Source of the DNA: Candidatus Omnitrophota bacterium
GTDB lineage: Bacteria; Omnitrophota; Gorgyraeia; Zapsychrales; Fredricksoniimonadaceae
Assembly (NCBI GenBank): GCA_903860135.1
Contig: CAIOPG010000008.1
Coordinates: forward strand, 64,127-128,126
DNA length: 64,000 nt
Direction of reading: 5' to 3'
Under the pieces are notes generated by a model. The model saw nothing but the letters and a program-made list of their open reading frames with translations. It was not told where the DNA came from and searched no databases. How positions within the stretch are numbered: the stretch's first letter is position 1; every line of letters begins with the position of its first letter. The translations under genes and the position numbers were made by a program. Positions 40,289 through 49,510 of this stretch are shown here, in pieces.

Positions 40289-40945
40289 CTATTGCGCGGT
40301 AACAGGTTGAGTGGCTGCCGGCTCACCCTGATCCTGCTTGAGGCTCGCGGGAAGATGCGCATCGAGGTATTTCATGCTCATTTCCACGGAATCCTTCATC
40401 AGAAGGGGCAGGGTCTGTACCAGTTTTCTACCTTCAGGTGATGCGTAAAAACGAATATAGGCACGCAGGTCGGCTTCAGAAAAATGTTTGTCATAGATCG
40501 GCAAAAGTTCCTGGATGATCTCATCCACTTTGACCGAACCACGAAATGCTTCCGCTTGCTCAGGCTTAAGGGAAGCGGTCATCTGATCAAAATTCGCCTG
40601 CATATTCTCCTTGACCCCGTAAATTTCGACAAACTTGCGGATCAGAGCGTCCTTCTGCAAGCCGTCAAACTCATCTGCCGGAACCACTGGTGCCAATATC
40701 TTATCGGACGCAGGTAGCACGGCCGGTGCTGCCGCCGCAACTGGTTCCTGGGAAGATTCAACCGCATCGACTTCATCATTATAATAGGTCAGCGGCACGC
40801 CATTGACATTGATCTTGATCCATTCAGAGCTTCTCTCGATAAGATTCCCTTCAACCACGGAGCCGTTCTTCAATTTGACAGTATCCGCGAGAGCCGGCAT
40901 AGCACCCAGACACAAACCCACAAGCATGACAATAAGTCCCCTCAT
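40289..40945 (-). CDS. DUF2059 domain periplasmic protein
   Basis: Signal peptide MRGLIVMLVGLCLGAMPALA and a C-terminal YIRFYASPEGRK motif. Confidence 0.5.
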   Translation of the reverse strand: MRGLIVMLVGLCLGAMPALADTVKLKNGSVVEGNLIERSSEWIKINVNGVPLTYYNDEVDAVESSQEPVAAAAPAVLPASDKILAPVVPADEFDGLQKDALIRKFVEIYGVKENMQANFDQMTASLKPEQAEAFRGSVKVDEIIQELLPIYDKHFSEADLRAYIRFYASPEGRKLVQTLPLLMKDSVEMSMKYLDAHLPASLKQDQGEPAATQPVTAQ

Positions 40946-41061
40946 AGCATCCCCCTTGTTGTTATGATCCAAAGATATACCATCGATTGTAAAAACTTTA
41001 CGCCTGCCGTCAATCGAATTCGTACTTGGACGCAAGCGGTGTTCATGATACCATAACCGTT

Positions 41062-42147
41062 ATGTTAAACAACCTGCGCCAGAAAATCGATCAAACCCTT
41101 GTCTCTTTCCTTGATACCGTCGAGAAGGAATACAACTTCCACCGCGTTAACCCTTTGCTTTACACCAGTATCCGCGAATTCTCCTTGCGCGAAGGCAAGC
41201 GCATCCGGCCACTCTTGTTCCTGCTCGCCTACAAAGGGTATGCCCCTCAAGGGAAAAAGATCACGGCGGCGCTGTACCGTACCGCCACCGCCATCGAATT
41301 CCTGCACAACTTCATGCTCATCCACGACGACATCATCGACCGCTCGGACCTGCGCCGTGGCCGGCCAACCATGCATCGCCTGCTCGAGAAAACTATCCCG
41401 GCCGCAGATCCCTACAGGCTGGGTACCGATCTGGCGATCATCGCGGGCGACATTGTCCATGCCATGGCCATCGACGCCTTCCTCGCCGTCAGCGAAGACC
41501 CCGCGCGCAAAGAACGCGCCTTAAGCTATTTCGTCCACACCTCCGCCTTCACGGCCATGGGCGAATTCGTGGACACCCTGCACGGGGTAGACCAGCTGAA
41601 ACATGTCGCCGAGGATGATGTCTTCCTCAATTATTCCCTGAAGACCGCGCGCTACACTTTCCAGTGCCCACTGGTTACAGGCGCGATCCTCGCCGGTGCT
41701 TCCCGGCACGAAACGCAGCGTCTGGCCGAGTTCGGGCTACTTATCGGGCAGGCCTTCCAGATCCAGGATGATATCATCGGGATATTTGAGACCGAACAAG
41801 CCATTGGCAAGTCCATTTTGAGCGACCTGGCCGAACAAAAAAAGACACTGCTCATGGTGCACGCCGACCGCACCCTCAGGGGCAAAGCCCATCAGCATTT
41901 CACGCAATTATTCCTCAAGCCCGCTCCAAACCTGGCGGATCTGGATGCCATACGCAAGATCCTCGTCGATGCCGGCACGCTGGTCTATGCCCTCGATGCC
42001 ATGCGCACCCACGCCACTCAAGCCAACACGATCCTCAAAAGCCTCAAGCTAACCCCGCGCTACCGCACCCTCATCCACACCGCCCTCTTCAACCTCTTCC
42101 GGCACGCCGAAACTGTTGCTAAAAAGTGGCAATCTCCAGGAAGTTAA
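41062..42147 (+). CDS. polyprenyl diphosphate synthase (trans-isoprenyl diphosphate synthase family)
   Basis: Two DDxxD motifs: LIHDDIIDR and FQIQDDIIG. Confidence 0.8.
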   Translation: MLNNLRQKIDQTLVSFLDTVEKEYNFHRVNPLLYTSIREFSLREGKRIRPLLFLLAYKGYAPQGKKITAALYRTATAIEFLHNFMLIHDDIIDRSDLRRGRPTMHRLLEKTIPAADPYRLGTDLAIIAGDIVHAMAIDAFLAVSEDPARKERALSYFVHTSAFTAMGEFVDTLHGVDQLKHVAEDDVFLNYSLKTARYTFQCPLVTGAILAGASRHETQRLAEFGLLIGQAFQIQDDIIGIFETEQAIGKSILSDLAEQKKTLLMVHADRTLRGKAHQHFTQLFLKPAPNLADLDAIRKILVDAGTLVYALDAMRTHATQANTILKSLKLTPRYRTLIHTALFNLFRHAETVAKKWQSPGS

Positions 42148-42212
42148 AAACCGGAGCTGCTGAATACGCCGATTCAACAACTCCGGTTCAAAATATTCAC
42201 TTTCGTGTGTCC

Positions 42213-42626
42213 TTATTTCGTCACCCAGCGGCCCGAGGGTTCCTGGATTTTTTCACCCACAGCGGCTTTGTCGCGCTGAACACCGGCGAAAACACCTTCA
42301 ACCGTGGCCATGGCTTTAGCACCGAGGTCATTCTGCTCGACGATCGCCTGGTAAAGCTCTTTACGATTGGCATTCTCGGCGTTAACAAGTTCTTTCACAA
42401 AAACACCGCTCCCGTCGAAGATTTCCACATAACCACGGTTATTCTCACCCACAACGCCCTGCCCTTTGATCGCTTTCAACTCGGCAAAACGGGCTTTGCG
42501 CGCCTGCAGCGCGGCCTCGACCTGCGGAGTCATGACCTTGATATCATAACCGGCCTGCGCCGCGGACATACCGCAAACACCTGCCAGAAAGACCGCCAAA
42601 AAAACAGCACAACCGAACTTTCTCAT
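42213..42626 (-). CDS. YdbL-like DUF1318 periplasmic protein
   Basis: Signal peptide; this gene order matches the ydbH-ynbE-ydbL neighbourhood. Confidence 0.55.
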   Translation of the reverse strand: MRKFGCAVFLAVFLAGVCGMSAAQAGYDIKVMTPQVEAALQARKARFAELKAIKGQGVVGENNRGYVEIFDGSGVFVKELVNAENANRKELYQAIVEQNDLGAKAMATVEGVFAGVQRDKAAVGEKIQEPSGRWVTK

Positions 42627-42636
42627 AACCCCCCCC

Positions 42637-42825
42637 TTATTTGGTTTGCCCGCCGCTGATCATATCCTCGATACCCGACGCGGTCTTTTCCAGGCCTTTG
42701 ATATCAATGGTAATATGCGCATTGATCGTGATCGGACGATTGGGATCGCCGATAGCCTTGACGGTACAACCACTCCCAACCGCCATGCTCATCATCAGGA
42801 CAAAAATCATTTTCGATCGTTGCAT
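42637..42825 (-). CDS. YnbE family lipoprotein
   Basis: 62 aa with a lipobox-like AVGSGC; lies between the YdbH-like and YdbL-like genes. Confidence 0.5.
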   Translation of the reverse strand: MQRSKMIFVLMMSMAVGSGCTVKAIGDPNRPITINAHITIDIKGLEKTASGIEDMISGGQTK

Positions 42826-42834
42826 GCCTCCTCC

Positions 42835-43857
42835 TCATTTCAAGAATTTCTGACCGTACGCCGCTAGGGAAGCGAGCGTCCCATCCGTATTGATCTCGTG
42901 CGCCAGATTCAACTCAAGATTAACCTCTCGGCTTCTCAGGCGCAGTTCCCCCGTGAATTTCCCCTTGGCACCGCCCTTCATTGTAAACGAAAAAAGCTCC
43001 ATGGCAAGCTTCCCGCCATTGCGGATAAGAAAATCCAGCCGTTTCTTCTCGCGCGACCTGGGCAAATACTGTGTCAACGCCGCCAGCAACGCCGCACTCA
43101 CCTGGCCTCCGGCGGGCATGGTCAGGTCGACATCCAGGGTATCCACCGTACCGATACCACCTGCCAGCTTGACCGCGCCTGTCATCACACCATTTAATTG
43201 ATCAGCGAGTTCACGGTTAAGCTCTGCCAGCTGTGCCACATCGCACCCTTCAACAAAGATCTCCGCCGCATACGTCAACGATGGACCCAGATGAACAACC
43301 GCCTGCCCCGTCACACGGCCACCATAAGCCTGCAGCTTGACCGCACGCCATTCAATCTCCGCGCCTTTGATGATAATAAAGGCCGACACAGCCCGCGCAC
43401 GGATATTATCCCAGACCGCCTCCTGCGCTGTAACGGAACCGCTCAGCGTATCCCCGGCGAGCGTCAACTGCAGACCCGCCTCCCTGGCATCGCCGGCATC
43501 ATAAACCCCATGGGCATGCTCTAGGCTCACCAGGATCCGCCGCTCCCTGCCCCACACACTTTGCAACCCGGTAACAATGACGCCGGGCGTTTCCAAGATC
43601 AACGGTTTACCATTGATCCCAAGCTCAATGCGGACGTCCTTCAGTTCTAACCGGCCAGGCAGGGAAAACGACTGCCGGCCGATGCGCAGTTCTTTCATAA
43701 CAACCCCGGGACGTCCTGCCAACGCACGGCTACAGGCTTCACGGGTCAACCAAGGGGTTTGCAACGCGCTCACCACCAACAGCACCACAGATAAAGAAAT
43801 GGCCGGAATCAACCAACGCATAAACAGCTCCATTGTGTATTCAAAGAAACCTATCAA
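42835..43857 (-). CDS. YdbH/AsmA-like membrane-anchored protein (short form)
   Basis: N-terminal TM segment; grouped with ynbE-ydbL by synteny. Confidence 0.45.
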   Translation of the reverse strand: MIGFFEYTMELFMRWLIPAISLSVVLLVVSALQTPWLTREACSRALAGRPGVVMKELRIGRQSFSLPGRLELKDVRIELGINGKPLILETPGVIVTGLQSVWGRERRILVSLEHAHGVYDAGDAREAGLQLTLAGDTLSGSVTAQEAVWDNIRARAVSAFIIIKGAEIEWRAVKLQAYGGRVTGQAVVHLGPSLTYAAEIFVEGCDVAQLAELNRELADQLNGVMTGAVKLAGGIGTVDTLDVDLTMPAGGQVSAALLAALTQYLPRSREKKRLDFLIRNGGKLAMELFSFTMKGGAKGKFTGELRLRSREVNLELNLAHEINTDGTLASLAAYGQKFLK

Positions 43858-44966
43858 ATAAGCCTGGCCGATATTTCATCGAGCACCAGGCGCCCGCGGT
43901 CAGCCACTTGCATACACGCCCCGTCGCGGATCAGCCATCCGTCGGCTACCAGCACATCCAGTTCTTCACGCCGGTCAACAGGCAACAAGACACCAAAACG
44001 TTCCTCGAGCAGGGCGATATTGATACCCGCGTTCATCCGTAACCCGAGAACAAGCGTTTCCATCAACCTTGCCACCGGCGTCAAATGCTCCTGCCCGATG
44101 ACGGCACGCCCGCCGGTACGGATCATCTTGAGGTACTGCGGCAGGGTGTCCGCGTTCCAGGAGCGCTGGCCGTCATGATGCGCATGCGCCCCCATCCCCA
44201 GCCCCACATAATTACCGCCCTGCCAGTAATGGCTATTATGGCGCGACTCAAATCCGGACCTGGCGAAATTACTGACCTCATACTGGAAAAGCCCCGCCGC
44301 TTTCAACCGGGCACACACCTGCTGGTACAATTCCGCTTGGCTATCCAGCGATACCTTTTCTCCGCGCACATGAAAGACACTGCGCTCCTCGACGGTAAGG
44401 GCATAAACCGCCACATGCTCACTGCCCAGGGACACCAACGCATCCATATCCTGATCCAGCTGCGCCGTCGTCTGCCCCGGGAACCCGAACATCAGATCGA
44501 CACTGATATTATCAAAACCAGCCGATCGAAGCACCTTAAATGCGTAAAAGTTTTCCGCGACCCCGTGCGTCCGCCCCAGCCATGACAAATACCGACGGTC
44601 AAACGACTGCGCGCCAAAACTCACACGGTTAAAACCGAGCGATCTTAATAGGGCTGCTTTCTCTGGCGTCACGCTTTCGGGGTTCATTTCAAACACACGC
44701 TCGGCATCCCCGCCGATGAAGTTCTCCCTGACCAACGCAGCCAGGCGTCTGATCCCGTCCGTAGACAAGAGCGAGGGCGTCCCGCCGCCCACATACAACG
44801 AAGAAACCGCCTGTTGCCTGTACGGCTGTGCCTCGAGCTCCACAGCGTCAAGATAGTCCGCTTCACGGAAAAATCTGCCCGTCACGACAGGGAACGCGCA
44901 ATACAGGCATTTCCGCGCGCAGCACGGGATATGAATATACAGCGATGTCATCATAAGCAGCCTCAT
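43854..44966 (-). CDS. hemW: radical SAM heme chaperone HemW (HemN-like)
   Basis: YIHIPCCARKCLYCAF CxxxCxxC radical SAM motif and a HemN C-domain. Confidence 0.8.
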   Translation of the reverse strand: MRLLMMTSLYIHIPCCARKCLYCAFPVVTGRFFREADYLDAVELEAQPYRQQAVSSLYVGGGTPSLLSTDGIRRLAALVRENFIGGDAERVFEMNPESVTPEKAALLRSLGFNRVSFGAQSFDRRYLSWLGRTHGVAENFYAFKVLRSAGFDNISVDLMFGFPGQTTAQLDQDMDALVSLGSEHVAVYALTVEERSVFHVRGEKVSLDSQAELYQQVCARLKAAGLFQYEVSNFARSGFESRHNSHYWQGGNYVGLGMGAHAHHDGQRSWNADTLPQYLKMIRTGGRAVIGQEHLTPVARLMETLVLGLRMNAGINIALLEERFGVLLPVDRREELDVLVADGWLIRDGACMQVADRGRLVLDEISARLI

Positions 44967-45086
44967 TTTCTCACCCACCCACAGGAAAAATTGAACCCAT
45001 GAAGGCTTCCTTATCAACACCGTCGATAAGCAATAACTCGTTATCATGTCATAATTAATAATTAAAGAAAAAATAATTAAATATTT

Positions 45087-45115
45087 TTTACATCTTAAAC
45101 TATAAATGTTAATAT
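45087..45115 (+). promoter_or_regulatory. strong sigma70-type promoter for the small basic protein gene
   Basis: TTTACA-N17-TAATAT in an AT-rich tract, about 40 nt upstream of an AAAGGAG SD. Confidence 0.6.
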
Positions 45116-45157
45116 AAACGTAAGTTTTAACATTTAATCATGAAAGGAGAAAATAAC

Positions 45158-45271
45158 ATGGCTTGCTCAACAAAATGCTGTCCCAAGGGCGTCACCAAGA
45201 AGGCTCCCGCTGCGAAAGCAGCTCCTGCCAAGAAGGCGGCTCCTGCGAAGAAAACAGCGAAGAAGAAGTAA
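45158..45271 (+). CDS. small (37 aa) Lys/Ala-rich basic protein, histone-H1-like AKKAAPAKK repeats with an N-terminal CxxxCC
   Basis: MACSTKCCPKGVTKKAPAAKAAPAKKAAPAKKTAKKK. A perfect AAAGGAG SD lies 8 nt upstream and a terminator immediately downstream. It is below the 60-aa ORF-track cutoff. Confidence 0.6.
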   Translation: MACSTKCCPKGVTKKAPAAKAAPAKKAAPAKKTAKKK

Positions 45272-45297
45272 GACCTCTTATCGTGATGTGTTAAAGA

Positions 45298-45326
45298 CCC
45301 TCCGGGATTCCGGGGGGTTTTTTATA
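45298..45326. terminator. rho-independent terminator shared by convergent genes
   Basis: CCCTCCGG-gatt-CCGGGGGG followed by TTTTTT. Confidence 0.7.
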
Positions 45327-45345
45327 GCACGGACACCCCCACTTG

Positions 45346-46590
45346 TCAGAAATTTAACATCATCTCTTTTATATCCGCAGACGTTTTAGTCTCTGATAAT
45401 AACACGGAGCGACGGGCCATGTCGGTTCGTGCTGTGTCGACGTGTGCGGCGAGGGCGGCAATAAGTTCCTTGTAGGCCAACACGTCGGAACGGTCTGCCC
45501 TTGCGACCCTGCGGGCATACGTCAGCACTTGTTGCTTGTCACGCACGATCTGCCGGAATTCACTGGACAGGGCGGGATCAGCAAGGCAATAGTTCAGGTA
45601 TTCATCCGCCTGGAGGTAAAGCCCGTCCACTTCGGCAAAAGCCCCAGCATCGGCCAATTTCAGGATCATGATCCCCTGCGGCACATCAGCCAGCAGGTCG
45701 ACCCCGGCCAGGGTGCGCGCCGTAACAGGAACGCCAGACCATGATAATTCTTCCAAGGCTGCCGTTGTCCCCTTACCGGTGGCGCGGAACTTGGCCAGTG
45801 CCTCACGCCAGCGACGCGCCTTGACCTCCCTCGCTTCATTGAATGCCTGAACGAAGGTCTTGACCGGAAACACCTCTTTATAACTATCCTCGGAAAGCAC
45901 CCGATCACCGGTGATCCCAATGACCTGGTCAATGCGTCTTTGATCAAGTCCCAGGCGACCGAGCGCCTGCGCCACCACATGGATGCGCCGCCTCCCGTCG
46001 GACAATGATACGGTGCCGTCTAAACTGGCCAGCGCGTCAAAAGGCCGAACGGATTTCTGGCACACCCGCATGGCCTCGACCAACCCCAAGCCCTGATTGG
46101 CCTTGAGGCACTCCCGCTCCGACTGCCGGCTCAATCGCTCCGCCGGGCCTTCAGCGCCGCGTTCGATCTCGGACAGCCGCGCCGACTCCATGGCAAGCCG
46201 CTCGTAAGCGGCCATGCGGTAATGTTTAAGAACATCAGCGGTCACGGGGCTTGAGTATTCAAGTAATAGCAAAGGATGCCGGAGCGAAACATAACTCTGG
46301 TAATCCTTATCCTGCCGCAGGTTCTTGATTAAATATTTATCGAAGGCCGCGTCAAGGTCGCGCAAGGCACTCGGGCGTGTCATCCCCTCGACCGCAAGCG
46401 CTTTAACCTCGGACATCTTCTCCTGATGCCCGACCTGGTCGATGCCAGGCGTGCGAAAATAATAATCTGCCTGATCCTCTTTCAGGGCTTCGCGGAGCAC
46501 CGTATCCGCCGGACGGACACGTTCAAAAATATCGGCGTGCGCCAACGGCATGGCCGGCAGCATCAGCAAAAACAGGATCAAGCCTCTCAT
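45346..46590 (-). CDS. periplasmic T4SS accessory protein, TraH/PFL_4711-like (tentative); last gene of the T4SS/T4P operon
   Basis: Signal peptide MRGLILFLLMLPAMPLAHA. It follows traU as in F/G-type mating-pair-formation (MPF) systems. No direct motif was confirmed. Confidence 0.4.
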   Translation of the reverse strand: MRGLILFLLMLPAMPLAHADIFERVRPADTVLREALKEDQADYYFRTPGIDQVGHQEKMSEVKALAVEGMTRPSALRDLDAAFDKYLIKNLRQDKDYQSYVSLRHPLLLLEYSSPVTADVLKHYRMAAYERLAMESARLSEIERGAEGPAERLSRQSERECLKANQGLGLVEAMRVCQKSVRPFDALASLDGTVSLSDGRRRIHVVAQALGRLGLDQRRIDQVIGITGDRVLSEDSYKEVFPVKTFVQAFNEAREVKARRWREALAKFRATGKGTTAALEELSWSGVPVTARTLAGVDLLADVPQGIMILKLADAGAFAEVDGLYLQADEYLNYCLADPALSSEFRQIVRDKQQVLTYARRVARADRSDVLAYKELIAALAAHVDTARTDMARRSVLLSETKTSADIKEMMLNF

Positions 46591-46874
46591 TCCGGCAGCC
46601 TCTCCAGGATACGCTGAGCCGCGGCGATCTTCTTGAGACGTTCTTTCTGCCACGCGAGGTATTTCAGCGCTGTTGTTGCATTGGGGTCATCGAGAAAAGC
46701 CTCGACGACCGCTGGCGGCGCGAAACCTCTTTCCACCCATAAAGGATCCGGGAACGAAGGCTTAGCCTGGGCATTTTCTTTAACGGCAAAATATTCGATC
46801 CGGCCGATGCCGTAAAGATCCGCCGCGACCACCGACGGGAAGGCCGCACAGCCCACGATCAAAACAAGCAACAT
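46587..46874 (-). CDS. small periplasmic protein (TrbC/TraW-like position, tentative)
   Basis: Signal peptide MLLVLIVGCAAFPSVVAA; ATGA overlap with the downstream gene. Confidence 0.35.
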   Translation of the reverse strand: MLLVLIVGCAAFPSVVAADLYGIGRIEYFAVKENAQAKPSFPDPLWVERGFAPPAVVEAFLDDPNATTALKYLAWQKERLKKIAAAQRILERLPE

Positions 46875-47722
46875 TCTTTTTTTCGCCAGTAGATCCACAC
46901 AAACCTCCCGTCGCGTGCGTTCACGCCATTGTCCCATAAGGCCGGATCTGCCCCGACAGCCATGCAGCGCTGCTTGACCGGCGACACCATCTGCAAGCGG
47001 TCAAAACGGACATCCGGCCAGAAAAGCACCGGGGCTACAACCTGATGCGGTGTCTGAGGTTTTAGCGCCGCGATATCAACCGCCCTGAAAGCCGCCACCG
47101 CAGAAGCCGTGGCCGGGCTGGCGTGCACCACAAACCCGGTGCGCGGATAAAGCGGCCCCCAGACCCCCAGACATAACCCCGGGAATAAAGCACCGTAACG
47201 CGCACAGACAGGGGCGACCTTAGCGGTCATCTGCGCCAGGGGATGCTTCATCTCGTAACGCGCGCGCCGCCATTCATCCCTGTCCTGTTCACTGATATAA
47301 CTGATCGCACTCCCCAAATCCGGCAGACCTTCACACGGGGCTTCGACCATGAGTGAAAAGGTATCTGAAAAAGGAAACCCGAAAACATGGGCCTCGTTCA
47401 GGTGAAGATTGGTCGTATCGGCTTGTCCCGCGGCCCCGCACGCAGAGGCCTCTGCCCGCGAACCGGCCATAGCGGCCACAACAGACTTATATTCCATGAT
47501 GCCCGATACCCCGGAACGTCGGGTGGTTTCAACCAGCAAGACCGGCTGCCAGTAACGGACCTTGGCTCCTACAAAGGGCGGTGAATTCCTCCGGCAAACG
47601 CCGAGCACCTGGAACCTGACACACGGCCAGTCCGCCTGGGCTGCCAAAGCAACAAGGCTTTCATCGGCTGTCACCGGAACAACAGTAAAAGTCAAAAGGA
47701 TCAGGGCAATGATGGCTTGCAT
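46859..47722 (-). CDS. traU: conjugal transfer protein TraU family
   Basis: Signal peptide and conserved Cys residues. The C-terminus VWIYWRKKECCLF matches the F TraU C-terminus ...MWRKRNCVFL. Confidence 0.7.
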   Translation of the reverse strand: MQAIIALILLTFTVVPVTADESLVALAAQADWPCVRFQVLGVCRRNSPPFVGAKVRYWQPVLLVETTRRSGVSGIMEYKSVVAAMAGSRAEASACGAAGQADTTNLHLNEAHVFGFPFSDTFSLMVEAPCEGLPDLGSAISYISEQDRDEWRRARYEMKHPLAQMTAKVAPVCARYGALFPGLCLGVWGPLYPRTGFVVHASPATASAVAAFRAVDIAALKPQTPHQVVAPVLFWPDVRFDRLQMVSPVKQRCMAVGADPALWDNGVNARDGRFVWIYWRKKECCLF

Positions 47723-47723
47723 A

Positions 47724-48611
47724 TCACGACCTTATGATCCAGTACAACGCCATCGACGGCTGAACGTTGTTGTGCGCAAGGCCGCCCCCGGCTGCTGCTG
47801 TGACGCCCGCGCGCTGGGATGTGAGTAACGGGGAAGAACTCCCATCGTACCGACTGCCCGTCCAAGGTGATTCGTTATAGCCGTGCGTGTGCGCCGGCAT
47901 TTCGGCGATGGTCAACCGATGCGCTTCTTCACCGAAGATCCCGCCCAGCGAACGCCCCCGGGTATCGGTCATGACATTGGCCGCAGAGCCGCCCATATTA
48001 TCAAGCCCCACGACCGTGCGTCCGCGCAAATCAGGCAGATTGAACGTTGTTGACCCGTTGCCTGGACCATAGGTGGTGCCGATCACAGCGAACAATCCCG
48101 TATAATCCGCGCGCGCCACAGCGCGGCCGTCACAGATCAGCCAGCCTGAGGGCAGTGTCCCCGCAGGCCACGGCACGATCGTCCCGGCCGCTGCCAGTGA
48201 TTCCGTCCCCGGCGGTGTTACCTTGAGATTGACCCGTGTTCCGTTGATAACCGGCATCGGCAATAACACGGCTGTCGCTGACGCAAGGTCCGCCGGTAAA
48301 GTCGTGGTCAAATTTAGAAGCGCCCCCGCCTTCTGAACTTCATAAAGGTTCCCAAAAGGATTCCTGGTGCTCCAGGCTGTGTCTAGGAATCCGGCCGTAC
48401 GCAAAGCATCAAGGCTGTCAGGCCATTGTTGTTTTTCGATATAATACGCGCGCGCAACCTCGGCGATCTGGGACATCTCCATCGCCGTCTTTCTGGCCGC
48501 TTCCAAGCGCACCCCGCGGACAAAATCAGGGACGACCGCGCCGGCCAGGATCATGGCCATGGCCAGGGCCAGCGACAATTCGATCAAGGTGAAACTCCGT
48601 CTACGGTGCAT
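47724..48611 (-). CDS. minor pilin with class-III prepilin N-terminus fused to a phage tail-collar (MdpB-like) domain; candidate pilus-tip adhesin
   Basis: RRRSFTLIELSLALAMAMIL prepilin leader/helix. The C-terminus carries the LICDGRAVARADYTGLFAVIGTTYG...FNLPDLRGR...AHTHGY tail-collar signature. Confidence 0.6.
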   Translation of the reverse strand: MHRRRSFTLIELSLALAMAMILAGAVVPDFVRGVRLEAARKTAMEMSQIAEVARAYYIEKQQWPDSLDALRTAGFLDTAWSTRNPFGNLYEVQKAGALLNLTTTLPADLASATAVLLPMPVINGTRVNLKVTPPGTESLAAAGTIVPWPAGTLPSGWLICDGRAVARADYTGLFAVIGTTYGPGNGSTTFNLPDLRGRTVVGLDNMGGSAANVMTDTRGRSLGGIFGEEAHRLTIAEMPAHTHGYNESPWTGSRYDGSSSPLLTSQRAGVTAAAGGGLAHNNVQPSMALYWIIRS

Positions 48612-49050
48612 GCTTATTCCTTTGTTGGTATAATAACCGCGCCGCTTGGCCATGATCCTTTCCAATCGACAGACGGATCAGGTCCCAGGAGCCCCTGGAC
48701 TGAACCACAAACCCGTATCTCCCGGCGTCTGCTTTGGCCGTTCCGGCGGGAACCTCGGTTTCGATCCACAGGCGCCGCGCGTCTGAAGCAAAGGTGTACG
48801 CACGGCCCCAGCTATTATTTTCCGGCATCCTGGGAAGCACCCCATGGATCTCCTGCCACGCGGCAGGCCATACCCCCTGAAGGCTGGCGTATTGACGGCC
48901 AGCCTCAAGAAAAGCCGCCATATCATTGACCGTGCGCCGGGCACGGGCCATGGCCACCGGTTTACCGGCAGAACAGAGAACCCCGCCGGCCACGGCCACG
49001 AGCAAGACGCACGTCAACGACAATTCCAGCAAGCTGGCCGCGCGCTTCAT
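48601..49050 (-). CDS. minor (pseudo)pilin
   Basis: MKRAASLLELSLTCVLLVAVAGG is a prepilin-like N-terminal helix. Confidence 0.5.
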   Translation of the reverse strand: MKRAASLLELSLTCVLLVAVAGGVLCSAGKPVAMARARRTVNDMAAFLEAGRQYASLQGVWPAAWQEIHGVLPRMPENNSWGRAYTFASDARRLWIETEVPAGTAKADAGRYGFVVQSRGSWDLIRLSIGKDHGQAARLLYQQRNKHAP

Positions 49051-49496
49051 CAAAACGTGGCTTTCCATACCTTGCCTGCCTGGTCGTAATTAGTCGCTTC
49101 CGCTCGCGATAGAAACGTACTGGTCAATTCAGCACCCGCCGACGCAGGGACGCTGGCGAGCGCAATGTCCACCCGCGTATTATCCGCCGCGTTCGCCGCC
49201 ACGGTGTAATCACCGCCAAAGCTATTGGCAAGGGCAGGATCAAAGTTGTTGGGCAACAGGCCGGCAGTCTTGAGCGTCCCTACGCTAACGCCGGTATAGG
49301 TGAGATTCTGCCCCGAAAGATAATTCTGCGCAGCGATGCGCAAACTGTCGACCGCCTGCGCCTCCCGCTGAAGGCGGCATTTATTCATCATCCCGCCACC
49401 GGCGGCCACAACGCTCACAAGGACACCCATGAGCCCTATGGCTATCGCCAGTTCCATCAAAGAAAATCCCCGGTTATAACGTGCGTTCCTCTTCAT
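49050..49496 (-). CDS. major type IV pilin (class III signal peptide)
   Basis: MKRNARYNRGFSLMELAIAIGLMGVLVSVVA has a G|FSLMEL cleavage/methylation motif. The start was moved; the track ORF is 64 aa too long. Confidence 0.7.
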   Translation of the reverse strand: MKRNARYNRGFSLMELAIAIGLMGVLVSVVAAGGGMMNKCRLQREAQAVDSLRIAAQNYLSGQNLTYTGVSVGTLKTAGLLPNNFDPALANSFGGDYTVAANAADNTRVDIALASVPASAGAELTSTFLSRAEATNYDQAGKVWKATF

Positions 49497-49510
49497 CTTC
49501 CCCTCCTGGT

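Noticed and set aside
42148-42212. Terminator between the convergent polyprenyl synthase and ydbL genes
   Set aside because: An AACCGGAG...CTCCGGTT stem exists, but with a 24-nt loop and no clear U-tract, which is too weak to call.
45140-45157. Upstream in-frame ATG for the small KA-rich protein (43 aa version)
   Set aside because: It has no SD. The perfect AAAGGAG would then lie inside the coding sequence, so the ATG at 45158 is favoured.
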